Positions 25,497-38,155 of a stretch of 64,000 nucleotides of DNA are shown here, piece by piece. The stretch comes from Phormidium sp. (GTDB lineage Bacteria; Cyanobacteriota; Cyanobacteriia; Cyanobacteriales; Aerosakkonemataceae). Position 1 is the first letter of the stretch. Every line of letters starts with the position of its first letter. The position numbers and the translations under genes are program-made. The stretch is from assembly GCA_051013385.1 (NCBI GenBank), contig CP143273.1:320001-384000 (forward strand). The letters are read 5' to 3'. The notes under the pieces were generated by a model, which worked only from the letters and a program-made list of their open reading frames with translations, ran no database searches and was not told the origin of the DNA.

Positions 25497-27428
25497 ATGA
25501 CGGATCAAATTTCCCAACTTCCCGAATTTATCTTTGGTTCTCTCTCCACTTCTCAGGGGCGATTGAAACAAACTAGAATGGCGCGAGTTGGACTATTTCA
25601 CGATCTTACTCTCAATCCGATCGATCCAAGAGAAAACGAACCAATTTTGATCGCTGTGCGAGTCGGTGTAGAGATTGCTGTCAAAGCCGTGAATCTCCAC
25701 TATACAACTGATACTAACCTTTCCTTATCGCCTCTCGATTTCGAGCATCCGTCAATGATAACGTTACCGATGCAACGGACTGACATCGTATGGGATACCT
25801 TGCAATGGTGTTATTTAGAGCAGTGGACTGTGAGTATTCCCAGTCAACCCCAAGGAACACAAGTTTCATATATAATTACCGCAACTACCACAAATAACCA
25901 AACGATCGCTTGTCCCTACGTAGATGTGAAAGCTCTCAAGGAATTAGCCAATGCAGAAGATTTTGATTTCCAGGTATTAGAAAAGAAGTATCAGGACAAT
26001 CAACCGCAAGTTTATCAGTTCGTTGTCTATCAGCAAACAATTCCAGCCTGGATCGGAGAGGCGATTATTTATCAAATTTTTGTCGATCGCTTTGCACCCG
26101 ATCCGGGAACCACTTTTCACACACCGAGCGATCGCAGTGGCATTTATGGCGGCACTTTAAACGGAATTCGCTCAAAATTAGATTATTTACAGGATTTGGG
26201 CGTAAATTGTCTCTGGTTAACACCGATTTTTCCTAGTCCCTCCCATCATGGCTACGATCCCATTGATTACAGCACCATTGAGCCTCGCTTGGGGACAATG
26301 GAAGATTGGCAAAAGTTGATATCCCAAGCCCATCAACGCGGGATTCGGATTATTTTAGATTACGTGGTAAATCATGTTTCCAGCGAACACGCAGCCTTTA
26401 AGACAGCTTTGGGCGATCGCCAACACCCCAACTACGAATGGTTTCGGTTTCGCAACCATCCTTTAGAATACGATTGTTTTTTTGATGTTCCCGGTCAACC
26501 AGAAGTTAATTCCGATCATCCCGGAGTACGCGAACATTTTATCCAAAATGCCTGCATCTGGTTGCAACAAGGTTGTGATGGCTTTCGCTTAGATTATGCT
26601 CATGGTGTGAGTCATGCCTTTTGGTCTGTGTTTCGAGAGGCAACCCGACGCACGAAATCGGATAGTGTAACGTTGGGAGAAATTACCCAACCACCATCAG
26701 TAATGCGATCGTACACCGGACGAATGGATGGGTGTTTAGACTTTAGATTATTAGAACTCCTACGCGGTTTCTTTGCCTTTGAAAGCCTGAGCGTCAGTCA
26801 GTTCGATCGCGCATTAGAACAACATTTAGCTTACTTCGGGTCGAGTTTAGTCTTACCCAGTTTCTTAGATAACCATGATATGAATCGATTTTTGTGGTTG
26901 GTAAAAGGTGATCAACGTCGCCTCAAACTAGCAGCATTATGTCAATTTACCTTACCTCATCCCCCGATTATTTATTATGGAACTGAAGTAGGATTGAGTC
27001 AGTTAGAAAACGTTGGACGCTTAGAAGAATCACGATTACCGATGCTTTGGGATGCAGAACAAGATACCTCTTTACTGGCATTTTACAAACAGTTAATCGC
27101 CTTGCGTCGCAAAACCCCCGATATCTGGCAACAACCGCGTCAAACTTGGTTACTCGATGATGCAAATCGTGTGTATGGGTATGAATGTGGCGAGTATGCG
27201 ATACGTGCTAACGCACACGCTTACGCGATCGCACTCAACGCCAATGCCCAAGATTTTACCTTGTCCCTTCCTGAACATTGGCGATATGCCTCCGGCACGC
27301 TACCGCGATCGCCCCAACTAATTTTAACCACAGACTCAACAATCCTCTGGAATCCTCAAACCCACCAGTTAAATCTTCCCCCTTTTGCCGGAGTTGTCTT
27401 GCAAAAAGCAAAAATACCAGGCGATTAG
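25497..27428 (+). CDS. GH13 alpha-amylase family (neopullulanase/cyclomaltodextrinase-like)
   Basis: YQIFVDRF, LWLTPIF...HHGYD, DYVVNH, DGFRLD, FLDNHD, YYGTEVG. Confidence 0.92.
   Translation: MTDQISQLPEFIFGSLSTSQGRLKQTRMARVGLFHDLTLNPIDPRENEPILIAVRVGVEIAVKAVNLHYTTDTNLSLSPLDFEHPSMITLPMQRTDIVWDTLQWCYLEQWTVSIPSQPQGTQVSYIITATTTNNQTIACPYVDVKALKELANAEDFDFQVLEKKYQDNQPQVYQFVVYQQTIPAWIGEAIIYQIFVDRFAPDPGTTFHTPSDRSGIYGGTLNGIRSKLDYLQDLGVNCLWLTPIFPSPSHHGYDPIDYSTIEPRLGTMEDWQKLISQAHQRGIRIILDYVVNHVSSEHAAFKTALGDRQHPNYEWFRFRNHPLEYDCFFDVPGQPEVNSDHPGVREHFIQNACIWLQQGCDGFRLDYAHGVSHAFWSVFREATRRTKSDSVTLGEITQPPSVMRSYTGRMDGCLDFRLLELLRGFFAFESLSVSQFDRALEQHLAYFGSSLVLPSFLDNHDMNRFLWLVKGDQRRLKLAALCQFTLPHPPIIYYGTEVGLSQLENVGRLEESRLPMLWDAEQDTSLLAFYKQLIALRRKTPDIWQQPRQTWLLDDANRVYGYECGEYAIRANAHAYAIALNANAQDFTLSLPEHWRYASGTLPRSPQLILTTDSTILWNPQTHQLNLPPFAGVVLQKAKIPGD
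27198..27224 (+). repeat. 27-nt in-frame insert at HIP1 site (SDR5-like)
   Basis: GCGAT-acgtgctaacgcacacgcttac-GCGATCGC. Confidence 0.75.
27281..27304 (+). repeat. 24-nt in-frame insert at HIP1 site (SDR5-like)
   Basis: GCGAT-atgcctccggcacgctacc-GCGATCGC. Confidence 0.78.
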
Positions 27429-27442
27429 AAATACGCGCCTAC

Positions 27443-27777
27443 ACAAACAAAGCCTGCCTCCGCAGGCTAGATATATTAAGTAGGTGCCAATAAATAAACT
27501 GATAATAGTTATCTAAGGATGGGGCGGGCAGGATGCCCACCCCACAAGAGTTACATCTTTCTTGTGGGGTGGGCATCCTGCCCGCCTTGGTTTTGACTTT
27601 ACTCAGATCTTGCACCAAGAGGCAGAGCCTCTATTTTTCGTTCCCAGGTTGAACCTGGGAAGGAGGATCTGGGAGGTTCCACCTCCTAGTTGTGCAAGAT
27701 CTGAGTTTATTTACATCTAACTACTTAGTCCGCGCAGGCGGACTTGGTTTGTATAGCCCCAGACTTCAGTCTGGGGG
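27443..27777. mobile_element. Nested MITE/REP cluster
   Basis: Outer IR 27443-27469/27726-27753; TAAGTAG..TAAATAAAC IR 27477-27727; REP GGCGGGCAGGATGCCCACCCCACAAGA; ACTCAGATCTTGCAC IR 27601-27706. Confidence 0.8.
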
Positions 27778-27782
27778 GCAAT

Positions 27783-29648
27783 TCACCCCAAAATCACCAT
27801 CCCGGCTGCTGGCAAAGACAGCCGAACATAAGCACGACCATCTGGACTTTGCTCCACTGGGATAAACTCGTCAGTAGGTGGCTGTTTAAGTTGTTCGTCA
27901 CTCCAATCGGCTCGGTAAAGCACCCGCAATTTTGACCCTGGAGGACTCAAATTTTCGTCTACGGTGACATCGGCTCCTCTGGATTCCAATCCATGAGTAT
28001 TCATCACCATGACAACTTCATGATAGGCGAGAACTCTCGACCAGCCAAAGAGTTCTCCCGCTCCTGGTATTCGGAAGGGATACCCACAAAAGGAGGTTTC
28101 GCGAGGATAGCAAATGCCCGTCCGTAGGGTACGTCCAATGTAGTCATTGCCGTTGCGAAGTCGAGCGATCGCCGCAATCCGCAAATAAGTCGGATGCTCA
28201 GGATTAAAGAAGTGGCAACCCGTAGTTTGAAATGCCCCAAACGCCCCACCGAACATATCTTCCCGAATATAACGGTCTTCTCCAAAGCGACTAGGTTCGA
28301 TACTGTAGTCGTGATAACCTTCATTACCATCAAAGGCTTGTTCTGTACCGTAGTAAATGCAAGGGATGCCAGGAGTGAGCAGTTGAATGCCGACTGCGTG
28401 AGCCGATTGCCAGTAACGATGAGGTGTGGAGTTATTGGCAGCAAAGCGCTCTTTGTGAGACTTGCAGGACATATCATGATCGTCAAGGATGGAAACATGA
28501 ATCCGCCCAGTCTGAACGTAGCGAGTTAAATCGGAATCAGTTCGGAAGCGTTTAAAAAAATCCATTGGATTGCGAGTACCACGCGCCGCCCCTGCCAACT
28601 CATTTGGGGAATTATTAATATCAAGTACTGCTGTTAATGCTCGCTCGAAAACGCTGCCGAACAGGGAGAGGTAGTTGGTTGCTATCAAGGAATCAGTGAT
28701 TTCCCCTACTAGCAAAAAGTTTCCCTTGCCAATCGATTCCGCATAGCGAGAGATGCCGAAACTAAACTCAGTACAGATGTCTTTAGGGATGTGTTTGGCG
28801 GCATCAATGCGGAAGCCGTCACAATCAGTTACGGCGATCCAATACTGGTAACAGCGGATAATTGCATCCATTGTGGCTTTGTGGTAGCCATTGAGCTTCT
28901 TCAAATCGAAAAAGTCGCCCCGCCGAAATTCCGCGTTGGAGTCCATCGGGTTGGGACTATTCCAGTTGACGATCGCACCAAGACGATTATATGCCTCTAA
29001 AGACTGCAATTCTTTGGGCCAACAGCCATCTTCCAGGTTTTGAATTTCGGGAATACATTTACCTGTACCAGAACGCCAGCCAGCAAAACTGTAAGGTGGT
29101 TCATAGCGATAGGGTAGCGATTCTTCAATAATCCCAGTCAAGTCAGGCCCATAAAACCAGTTATTTGCAGTATGGTCAATTACCACATCCAATACAACTA
29201 CCATATTGCGATCGTGGGCATCATCAATCAAGTCACGCAAATCTTGAATGGTGCCAAAACGAGGGTCAATATCAAGAAAGTTCTGGATCGCATAGCCGTG
29301 ATAAGTTTGTAAATCTGCCCGTTGCTTGAAAGCCGGATTCAGCCATAAACCTGTAATTCCCAGTCCTTGCAAGTAGTCCAGCTTGCTACGTATACCCTGA
29401 AGCGTTCCCCCCGTAAAGCGTAAACCAGCTGACATCCAAGCACGTTTGTCCTGAATCCGGTGTTGTTCGGGGTGGCGATAATCGAACATCTGGCGCTCTG
29501 CCTCCCGCCCATCACTGAAGCGGTCTGGTAGGATCTGGTAAAAAATATGATCTTTCCAGAGTGTAGGACTGGGAAAAACTCGTCCCCTTGGTTCTAGGTT
29601 CAAATGGGAAAGATCGCGTGGGGCAAAGTTCTCAACTTGGGTTTTCAT
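27783..29648 (-). CDS. GH13 alpha-amylase family protein
   Basis: YQILPDRF, YHGYAIQNF, DVVIDH, DGFRIDAAKH, GEI, DDHD, GIPCIYYGTEQ. Confidence 0.92.
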   Translation of the reverse strand: MKTQVENFAPRDLSHLNLEPRGRVFPSPTLWKDHIFYQILPDRFSDGREAERQMFDYRHPEQHRIQDKRAWMSAGLRFTGGTLQGIRSKLDYLQGLGITGLWLNPAFKQRADLQTYHGYAIQNFLDIDPRFGTIQDLRDLIDDAHDRNMVVVLDVVIDHTANNWFYGPDLTGIIEESLPYRYEPPYSFAGWRSGTGKCIPEIQNLEDGCWPKELQSLEAYNRLGAIVNWNSPNPMDSNAEFRRGDFFDLKKLNGYHKATMDAIIRCYQYWIAVTDCDGFRIDAAKHIPKDICTEFSFGISRYAESIGKGNFLLVGEITDSLIATNYLSLFGSVFERALTAVLDINNSPNELAGAARGTRNPMDFFKRFRTDSDLTRYVQTGRIHVSILDDHDMSCKSHKERFAANNSTPHRYWQSAHAVGIQLLTPGIPCIYYGTEQAFDGNEGYHDYSIEPSRFGEDRYIREDMFGGAFGAFQTTGCHFFNPEHPTYLRIAAIARLRNGNDYIGRTLRTGICYPRETSFCGYPFRIPGAGELFGWSRVLAYHEVVMVMNTHGLESRGADVTVDENLSPPGSKLRVLYRADWSDEQLKQPPTDEFIPVEQSPDGRAYVRLSLPAAGMVILG

Positions 29649-29664
29649 AATCCGTCATGTTTAC

Positions 29665-29792
29665 AATAACGCCACTGACGATCGCCTCTTTTTGAATGAT
29701 GTCGATCGCTTTAGCCGAATCATAAACCATACAATAGCTTGGTTTTTAATCACACCCAAAGCATAAACAACAAAGGTGTAAAACTGGTGCAA
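29665..29792. repeat. 128-bp direct repeat, copy 2
   Basis: Duplicate of 25292-25419. Confidence 0.92.
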
Positions 29793-29947
29793 AAGCAGGT
29801 TATCTTTGACTATTTTGGTAGGAACGTAACCAAAACCAGGAGAGAATTGCGGTTAAGAAAAGCCCCGTTAAGCTGTGCTGTAACGGGGGCATTCATCCAA
29901 CATTTTAGGTAACAGTCACCTTACCTAAAAAACCTAAGTACTAGGGC

Positions 29948-30140
29948 TAGGGCGTGTTTTCCAACTCGGAGATCCCCCCCAGCCCCCCTTAATAAGGGGG
30001 GGAGAAGTTCTTCAAAGTCTTTGTTAAATTAAAGGCGAAGCATCCTCTGGCTTCCCCCTGATTAAGGGGGACGGGAGGGGGATCTAAGGGGGATAATGGG
30101 ACATCTTTCCCGATAACAATTAGTTTGAAAACAGGCCCTA
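29948..30140. mobile_element. MITE with IS5-like ends enclosing a GATCCCCC..GGGGGATC element
   Basis: IR TAGGGCGTGTTTTCCAACT / AGTTTGAAAACAGGCCCTA. Confidence 0.7.
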
Positions 30141-30307
30141 AAGCTTAAGACATTGCCAAAAAAAAGCGCTACTCAGAGCAGAAAGCATTATCGTGATAAG
30201 CGTTTGAACACTTGACATGAGGCTGAAAGTAGATTAATCATAACTTCAGCCTGATTGATAAACAAGTATTCATAACCAAGTTGTCAGAATCATTGACACA
30301 GAACTAA

Positions 30308-31354
<1,047 letters not shown>

Positions 31355-31355
31355 A

Positions 31356-31760
31356 GGCAGGGGGGCAGGGGGGCAGGGGAGCAGGGGAGCAGGGGAGCAG
31401 AGGGGCAGAGGGGCAGGGGAGCAGGGGAGCAGAGGGGCAGAGGGGCAGGGGGGCAGGGGGCAGGGGGGCAGAGGAGAGGAAAATTCAAAACTCTCTTACT
31501 CCCCAAACTCTCCCTAACTCAAAACTCAAAACTCAAAACTCTCTCACTCCCCAAACTCTCCCTAACTCAAAACTCTCTCACTCCCCAAACTCTCCCTAAC
31601 TCAAAACTCTCTCACTCCCCAAACTCTCCCTAACTCAAAACTCAAAACTCAAAACTCTCTCACTCCCCAAACTCTCCCTAACTCAAAACTCTCTCACTCC
31701 CCAAACTCTCCCTAACTCAAAACTCAAAACTCAAAACTCAAAACTTTCCCCAATCCCCAA
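31356..31760. repeat. STRR tandem tract (GGGGGCA/GGGGAGCA, then AAAACTC and ~34-bp composite units)
   Basis: Directly visible 7-8-mer and longer tandem units filling the gap1-ldhA spacer. Confidence 0.9.
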
Positions 31761-31765
31761 TCATT

Positions 31766-32779
31766 ATGAGAGTAGCAGTTTTTAGCACTAAACCTTACGA
31801 TCGCCGTTTCCTCGAAGCTGCCAATGCCAAACATGGGCATGAATTAGAGTTTTTTACAGCTGAATTTAATGCTAATACTGCTCCTTTGGCGGCAGATTTT
31901 CCGGCAGTTTGTATCTTTGTAAATGACAATGCTGATGCGAAAGCATTGGAAATAATTGCTTCACGAGGCACAAAATTATTAGCTCTCCGTTCTGCTGGTT
32001 TTAATCATGTAGATTTACAAAAAGCGGCAGATTTAGGACTTACAGTTTTGCGCGTTCCGGCATATTCGCCTTATGCGGTTGCCGAACACGCTGTCGGGTT
32101 AATTTTAACTTTAAATCGGAAATTTCACCGAGCTTATAACCGAGTTCGGGAAGGCAATTTTTCCTTAGAAGGATTGATGGGTTTTGATATTCATGGTCGC
32201 ACAGTTGGCGTAATTGGTACGGGGAAAATTGGGCAAATTTTTGGCAACTTAATCGAGGGTTTTGGTTGTCAAATTTTGGCTTACGATCTATATCCCAATG
32301 CTGATTTTGCTGCTTCTGGTGCTAAATATGTGGATTTACCAGAATTGTTTGCTAATTCGGATATTATTTCTCTACATTGTCCGTTGACTCCTGAAACTTA
32401 TCATTTGATTAATGAAAAGGCGATCGATCAAATGAAACAGGGGGTAATGCTCATTAACACCAGTCGCGGCGCATTAGTTAATACTGAAGCAGTGATCGCT
32501 GGGTTAAAATCTGGCAAAATCGGTTACTTGGGTTTAGATGTTTACGAACAAGAAGAAAACTTATTTTTTGAAGACCTTTCTACGGAAATTATTCAGGATG
32601 ACGTTTTTCAACGTTTGTTAACTTTTCCCAATGTAATTGTTACCGGACACCAAGCATTTTTCACCGAAGAAGCAGTGCGAAATATTTGTGAAACAACCTT
32701 AAGCAATGTGAGTGATTTTGAGCAGGGTATCGCTTCTAAAAATGAAGTTAAACCCCCGCAAAAAGCATCTGCTAAATAG
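31766..32779 (+). CDS. ldhA: D-lactate dehydrogenase (D-2-hydroxyacid dehydrogenase)
   Basis: [47 protein letters not shown]. Confidence 0.92.
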   Translation: MRVAVFSTKPYDRRFLEAANAKHGHELEFFTAEFNANTAPLAADFPAVCIFVNDNADAKALEIIASRGTKLLALRSAGFNHVDLQKAADLGLTVLRVPAYSPYAVAEHAVGLILTLNRKFHRAYNRVREGNFSLEGLMGFDIHGRTVGVIGTGKIGQIFGNLIEGFGCQILAYDLYPNADFAASGAKYVDLPELFANSDIISLHCPLTPETYHLINEKAIDQMKQGVMLINTSRGALVNTEAVIAGLKSGKIGYLGLDVYEQEENLFFEDLSTEIIQDDVFQRLLTFPNVIVTGHQAFFTEEAVRNICETTLSNVSDFEQGIASKNEVKPPQKASAK

Positions 32780-32951
32780 GTTCGTTGTAAGGACTTTAGT
32801 CCTAGTTCGTTGTAAGGACTTTAGTCCTAGTTCGTTGTAAGGACTTTAGTCCTAGTTCGTTGTAAGGACTTTAGTCCTTCTTTTGGTTAACAAACTAACG
32901 ACTGAAGTCGTGACAACGAACAGGAACACGACTGAAGTCGTGACAACGAAC
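32780..32951. repeat. REP element with amplified arms (4 x 25 bp left, 2 x 24 bp right)
   Basis: GTTCGTTGTAAGGACTTTAGTCCTA x4; ACGACTGAAGTCGTGACAACGAAC x2. Confidence 0.88.
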
Positions 32952-32968
32952 GTGATAATATTATTTTT

Positions 32969-33060
32969 GGCTACCAACCTAAACCGGGACAAATTTGTTC
33001 CCTGTTCCCTGTTCCCTGTTCCCTTCCTTCACCAAAATGTCCCGCCTTAGACCAATAGCC
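32969..33060. mobile_element. 92-bp MITE with ISL3-like ends
   Basis: Imperfect IR GGCTA...CGGGACA / TGTCCCG...TAGCC, flanked by an exact 8-bp duplication TTATTTTT. Confidence 0.75.
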
Positions 33061-36000
33061 TTATTTTTCTTGTAATAAATCGTGCATTACTTCTAGTAAT
33101 TCTTGAGTTGAGTAAGGTTTAGGTAAAAATTTGTTGGCGGTGGTATGTCCTACTTCTTGTAAATGTGTGCCGGATACTAACCCACTAGAGGCAATTGTTT
33201 TGACTTCGGGATTGATTTTTTGTAGGGTGCGAATAGTATTAGCGCCATCTAATACTGGCATCATCATGTCTACTAATACTAGTTTAATATCTTTTTTATG
33301 TTCTACATAAAGAGCGATCGCTTCCACTCCATCTTTCGCAGTCAAAACTTGGTAGTTATAAGCTGTTAAGGTACTCTTAGTAATTTCTCGAATCGCAGAT
33401 TCATCATCTACCACTAAAATTAATTCACCATTTCCCATTGGTAATTCCCATTCTTCTTCATATAAATCTGCGGCTGCTTCTACAGCAGGAAGATATACTT
33501 TAAATTCACTACCTTTGCGTAATTTGCTGGAAACAGTAATAAAACCTTTGTGACTTTTGATGATGCCAATTACAGTGGAAAGTCCTAATCCTGTGCCTTT
33601 ACCAACTTCTTTAGTAGTAAAGAAAGGTTCAAAAATGCGATCGAGAATTTCTGGAGCAATCCCAAATCCTGTATCACTAACCGTAATTACTACATAAGAT
33701 CCAGGTTGGACATCCATTTGTAATTGGGCATCATTTTCGGTAATTACTAAATTCTCGGCGCTAATAGTTAAAGTGCCACCTGTAGGCATAGCATCACGGG
33801 CATTAACACACAAATTCATTAACACTTGATGCAGGTGAGTAGCATCACCACAAACTGCCGACAAGTCCCTAGATACATCAGTGTAAATCTCGATCGATCT
33901 GGGAAAAATTTCTTCAACTATTTTTTTAATTTCCTTTATCAAATGGCGAATTTGTAAAACTCCATGTTCACCATCTAATCCCCGTGCAAAAGATAAAACT
34001 TGTTTGATTAATTCGCTACCTCTTCTGGTGCTATCTTCCAGAATTTCTAACCATTGTTGCCCTTGAGCGCTACTAATTTGTAATTTTAAAAGTTGTACTG
34101 CCATGAGAATGGGAGCTAAAATATTGTTTAAGTCATGGGCAATTCCTCCTGCTAGAGTGCCTATGCTTTCCATGCGTTGCGATCGCAAAAATTGTCGTTC
34201 CATCAATTGTTTTTGTGTAATATCAGTATTCACCATTAAAATTGCTTTTGGTTCTCCTACTGAATCACGCACTAAAGTCCAACGACTCTCAACAACTATT
34301 TCCTTGCCATCTTTTGTTACCTGTTGCAATTCTCCCTGCCATTCCCCTTTACTAAGAACACTTTCATAAATATATTGCGCCTGTGGTGGTGTTTCCCAAT
34401 AAAGTAACTTATTAGCATATTTATCCCAAACTTCCTCTTTTTTCCAACCGTAAAGTCTTTCTGCTCCCTTATTCCAAAATAAAACCCGATGATTTAGGTC
34501 ACGAACTAAAATTGCATCAGTTGTTACATCAAGTAAAGCTGCTTGTTGGCGGATTTTTTGTTCTGCTAATTTGCGTTCATTTAGTTCTTGTTGTACTTGT
34601 TGATAAAGTTGTGATTGTTGAATAGCAATTTCTAATTGAGTCGCCAATTGTTTCAACAATTCTATTTCCCAATTTTGCCATTTTCGCGGGTTTGAACAAT
34701 GATGAGCAACCAATAAGCCCCATAATTTATTTTCCTGTAAAATGGGTACAACTAAATTGGCACGGACTTGAAATTTCACCAGTAAATCAATGTGACAAGG
34801 CGATAAACCTGCGTTTAAGATGTCTTCTAATGCTTGAATTCCACCTTGTTCATAAGTTTCTCTTCGAGCCGGATCTTTAAAGAAAGAATCTGAAATATTT
34901 GCTCCTAAAATTGGTTGCCAATTTGGAGCGACTGATTCTACAACAACAACTCCACTCCAGTCTGGATCGAAGCGGAAAATCAAAACGCGATCGCTCTCCA
35001 GCAGACGTTGGACTTCCGTCACAGTAGTATTGAGAATTTCATTCAAATCTAAAGATTGGCGAATTCTTTGAGCAATTTCTGCAACTAATTTTTCTCTTTG
35101 AGCTTGTTGGCGCAAAGCTTCTTCTGCTTGTTTGCGATCGGTAATATCGTTGCGAACGGCAATATATTGATAAGGATTTCCTTGAGCATCCAAAAAGGGA
35201 ACAATTGTGGTATCAACCCAGTAAATACTACCATTTTTAGCCCGGTTTCTAATTTCCCCTTTCCAAACTTTCCCGCGACAAATTGTGTTCCAAATATTCT
35301 GAAAGAAGGCTTTTGGATGATAGCCAGAATTGATAATGCGGTGATCTTTTCCTATTAATTCTTCCCGACTATAACCAGAAATTTGGCAAAATTTATTGTT
35401 AACATATTGAATTGTGCCTTGACGATCGGTAATAGCAACGATCGCCGATTCATCCAAAGCAAATTTGAAATCCGCTAATTCTTTATGGGACTTTTGTAAA
35501 ATTTCTTCTGCCCGTTTGCGCTCAGTAATATCTTGGGTTATTTTAGAAAAACCGCAAATTTTTCCGGTTTCATCCCGCAGCGCTGTAAGCACCACATTTG
35601 CCCAAAAATAAGAGCCATCTTTACGCACGCGCCAACCTTGATCTTCCACTCTGCCAATTGTTGCTGCTATTTCTAATACTTGATTGGGTTTTCCCTGCGC
35701 TACATCTTCAGGTGGATAAAAACGAGAAAAATGTTGTCCAATAATTTCCTCGGCTTGATAACCTTTTATTGCTGTTGCGCCTGTATTCCAACTAGCAACA
35801 TAACCGTTAGCATCTAATACAAAAATCGCGTAATCTTTCACACCATCGATCAACAGACGGAAACGTTCTTCAGTTTCATGCAAAGATTTTTCAGCTTTTA
35901 GACGATCGCTTTCTGCTTGTTTACGCTCAGTAATATCTTGCAAAGTACCTACTATTTCGAGCGCATTACCCCCCGCATCAAGCAGTAGTTTTAATTCCTC

Positions 36001-37278
36001 ATAAATCCAACGATAACCGCCATCTTGATGCAAAAAGCGATACTCATAACTATGGTGTCCCTGTGCCAATAAAATTGCTATTGCTTCGGGAATTAAAGCC
36101 ACGTCTTCAGGATGAACATGAGCTAACCAAAATGTAGGATTGTTAACAAAATCCTCTGCTGAATAACCAAATAAAGCAGTAACATTTTCACTAATGAAAC
36201 TTGTCGGGTAATTTGCAGTTGGTTTGCAGCTATAAATTACAACCGGACTAGTCTTTAATAAATGTTGTAATCTTTCTTGAGTTTTTAGTAATAATTCTTC
36301 GGTTTGCTTGCGTTCGGTAATATCTTGACCAATACCGATCGTCCTCCCATCAGACAGCTTCACATTTGCCCAAGTAGTATTCAGCACCCGACCATCTTTA
36401 ACAAGAGTTTTAAAATCTTGCCATTGGCGATCTTCTGCTTTTTCAATAAATTCCCAAACTTGTTTTCGATACTCTGAATCGGGATAAAATTTCGTCAAAA
36501 TATCCGGCGATTCTTGTAATTCTTCTAAAGTCCAACCTAAAACATTTACCCACTCTTGGTTAATCATTTGCAGCCTTCCTTCTCGATCGAAGAAGCTCAA
36601 CATCACAGGAATACGATCGAAAATAGTTTGCAGAATTTCCTTCTGTTGCTGAGTAACTGCATTTAACGCTTGATTTACAGATGTGCTATTACTAACCACT
36701 TGTAACATTTCTTTTTGGGCTATTAGCAAACTCTGGGTTCGCTGAAATTCTGCTAAATTTTTCCGTAATTCTATCTGACTGATTACCTGACGACTTAATA
36801 TTTGAAGTGCGGAAATTTGTTTTTTTGTCAACTGTCGAGGAATCCGATCGATCGCACATAATGTCCCCAAAGCAAGCCCATCAGATGTAATTAAAGGCGC
36901 ACCTGCATAAAATCTAATGTAGGGTTCTCCAGTTACTAAAGCATTATTAGCAAATCTCGGGTCTTTCCCAGCATCCTCAACAATCAACGGTTCTTTTTGC
37001 CAAATAGCATAATTACAAAAAGCTACATTCCGAGGTGTTTCGGTAACTCTCAGCCCTAGTTTAGATTTGAACCATTGCCGCTCTGCATCTACTAAACTAA
37101 TTAAAGCGATCGGTGTCTCACAAATCTGGGCAGCTAAATTTGTTAAGTCATCAAATACTGCTTCTGCTGGAGTATCCAATATTTGATACTGCTTCAGCGC
37201 TGCTAAACGTTTCTTTTCTTGATTGGGAAGAACAGCTTTCATCATAGGTACAGGGATTTTTGGTGCGATCGCAATCAA
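33061..37278 (-). CDS. Hybrid sensor histidine kinase GAF-PAS4-GAF(CBCR)-PAS-HisKA-HATPase-REC
   Basis: AHDLNN H-box, [19 protein letters not shown], receiver VVDD/VDMMMP. True start uncertain (ATG near 37245). Confidence 0.92.
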   Translation of the reverse strand: MIAIAPKIPVPMMKAVLPNQEKKRLAALKQYQILDTPAEAVFDDLTNLAAQICETPIALISLVDAERQWFKSKLGLRVTETPRNVAFCNYAIWQKEPLIVEDAGKDPRFANNALVTGEPYIRFYAGAPLITSDGLALGTLCAIDRIPRQLTKKQISALQILSRQVISQIELRKNLAEFQRTQSLLIAQKEMLQVVSNSTSVNQALNAVTQQQKEILQTIFDRIPVMLSFFDREGRLQMINQEWVNVLGWTLEELQESPDILTKFYPDSEYRKQVWEFIEKAEDRQWQDFKTLVKDGRVLNTTWANVKLSDGRTIGIGQDITERKQTEELLLKTQERLQHLLKTSPVVIYSCKPTANYPTSFISENVTALFGYSAEDFVNNPTFWLAHVHPEDVALIPEAIAILLAQGHHSYEYRFLHQDGGYRWIYEELKLLLDAGGNALEIVGTLQDITERKQAESDRLKAEKSLHETEERFRLLIDGVKDYAIFVLDANGYVASWNTGATAIKGYQAEEIIGQHFSRFYPPEDVAQGKPNQVLEIAATIGRVEDQGWRVRKDGSYFWANVVLTALRDETGKICGFSKITQDITERKRAEEILQKSHKELADFKFALDESAIVAITDRQGTIQYVNNKFCQISGYSREELIGKDHRIINSGYHPKAFFQNIWNTICRGKVWKGEIRNRAKNGSIYWVDTTIVPFLDAQGNPYQYIAVRNDITDRKQAEEALRQQAQREKLVAEIAQRIRQSLDLNEILNTTVTEVQRLLESDRVLIFRFDPDWSGVVVVESVAPNWQPILGANISDSFFKDPARRETYEQGGIQALEDILNAGLSPCHIDLLVKFQVRANLVVPILQENKLWGLLVAHHCSNPRKWQNWEIELLKQLATQLEIAIQQSQLYQQVQQELNERKLAEQKIRQQAALLDVTTDAILVRDLNHRVLFWNKGAERLYGWKKEEVWDKYANKLLYWETPPQAQYIYESVLSKGEWQGELQQVTKDGKEIVVESRWTLVRDSVGEPKAILMVNTDITQKQLMERQFLRSQRMESIGTLAGGIAHDLNNILAPILMAVQLLKLQISSAQGQQWLEILEDSTRRGSELIKQVLSFARGLDGEHGVLQIRHLIKEIKKIVEEIFPRSIEIYTDVSRDLSAVCGDATHLHQVLMNLCVNARDAMPTGGTLTISAENLVITENDAQLQMDVQPGSYVVITVSDTGFGIAPEILDRIFEPFFTTKEVGKGTGLGLSTVIGIIKSHKGFITVSSKLRKGSEFKVYLPAVEAAADLYEEEWELPMGNGELILVVDDESAIREITKSTLTAYNYQVLTAKDGVEAIALYVEHKKDIKLVLVDMMMPVLDGANTIRTLQKINPEVKTIASSGLVSGTHLQEVGHTTANKFLPKPYSTQELLEVMHDLLQEK

Positions 37279-37711
37279 CTAAACAATTAAAGTCCTTTAT
37301 TATTGGAATACCCATTACCGGGCTAGCTGATCAATTCACGTAACAATTAGTTATTTAATTTAGACAATAAAATACTTTTTTTGCGAAATGAAACTTTTCC
37401 TAAATTTTGGCTAAAAACCATTTTTTTCACTTTTCCCTTTCTCTTTATATTTGTAACAAGTTTAAAGTAAAACGGGATGTCATCTGACGATCTTTATTTT
37501 CTTATTACAATAGACGAGCTTCCTTAATTAAACAGATTAAAGGAACGAACCCAACCTTACCCAGGCAGGCAATAATTGTTGCCACAGCTTTGCTAACTGA
37601 TGATAGCGATCGCACTACACCTCTTAAGGAATATTTAATTTTAACACCCCTGACAGATTCAGCATCATTTTACTTGCCTTAACTTAGAGTTAAGCTAATC
37701 AAGTTACCTGG

Positions 37712-38155
37712 TTGATTATGAACTATGAATACAGTCATCCCCGGAAGCAAAATTTACAGTTAGACTCCTTAGAAGAGGAAATCCTACTGGGATTACAAAT
37801 ATGTGGAGAACTTTTAGTTCAATCTAAAGATATTATGTTAGGTGCGCTAGCCTATCAAGGTTGGTTAGAGCATGGTCGCTGTTTGGTGATTGTTAACCTA
37901 CCAAATGTAAAAGAAGTTTCCGGTGCAATTGAATTACCAATGGGGTTAATGCTGCACAACGATCCTGGAATTAAGTTTTTTGGAGCAGAAGATTTGCTCA
38001 AACAATATAATCCTCAAACTGAAGGAGTATTGGTTGTCTCTCACACAAATTTTAATTACTGTATTGCTTGTGCTTGTATATTTGCTCCTAGCTTTCCCCC
38101 ACAAATTTGTTATGAAGAAATCATGAGTAGACCTGCGGAGTTTGACATTAGTTGA
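37712..38155 (+). CDS. Hypothetical protein
   Basis: ORF with AY.G....GR and YNP..E motifs, which I associate with cyanobacterial hypothetical proteins. Confidence 0.65.
   Translation: MIMNYEYSHPRKQNLQLDSLEEEILLGLQICGELLVQSKDIMLGALAYQGWLEHGRCLVIVNLPNVKEVSGAIELPMGLMLHNDPGIKFFGAEDLLKQYNPQTEGVLVVSHTNFNYCIACACIFAPSFPPQICYEEIMSRPAEFDIS

Noticed and set aside
32780..32878. Possible mini-CRISPR of 25-bp repeats
   Set aside because: No spacers; it is the left arm of a REP family.
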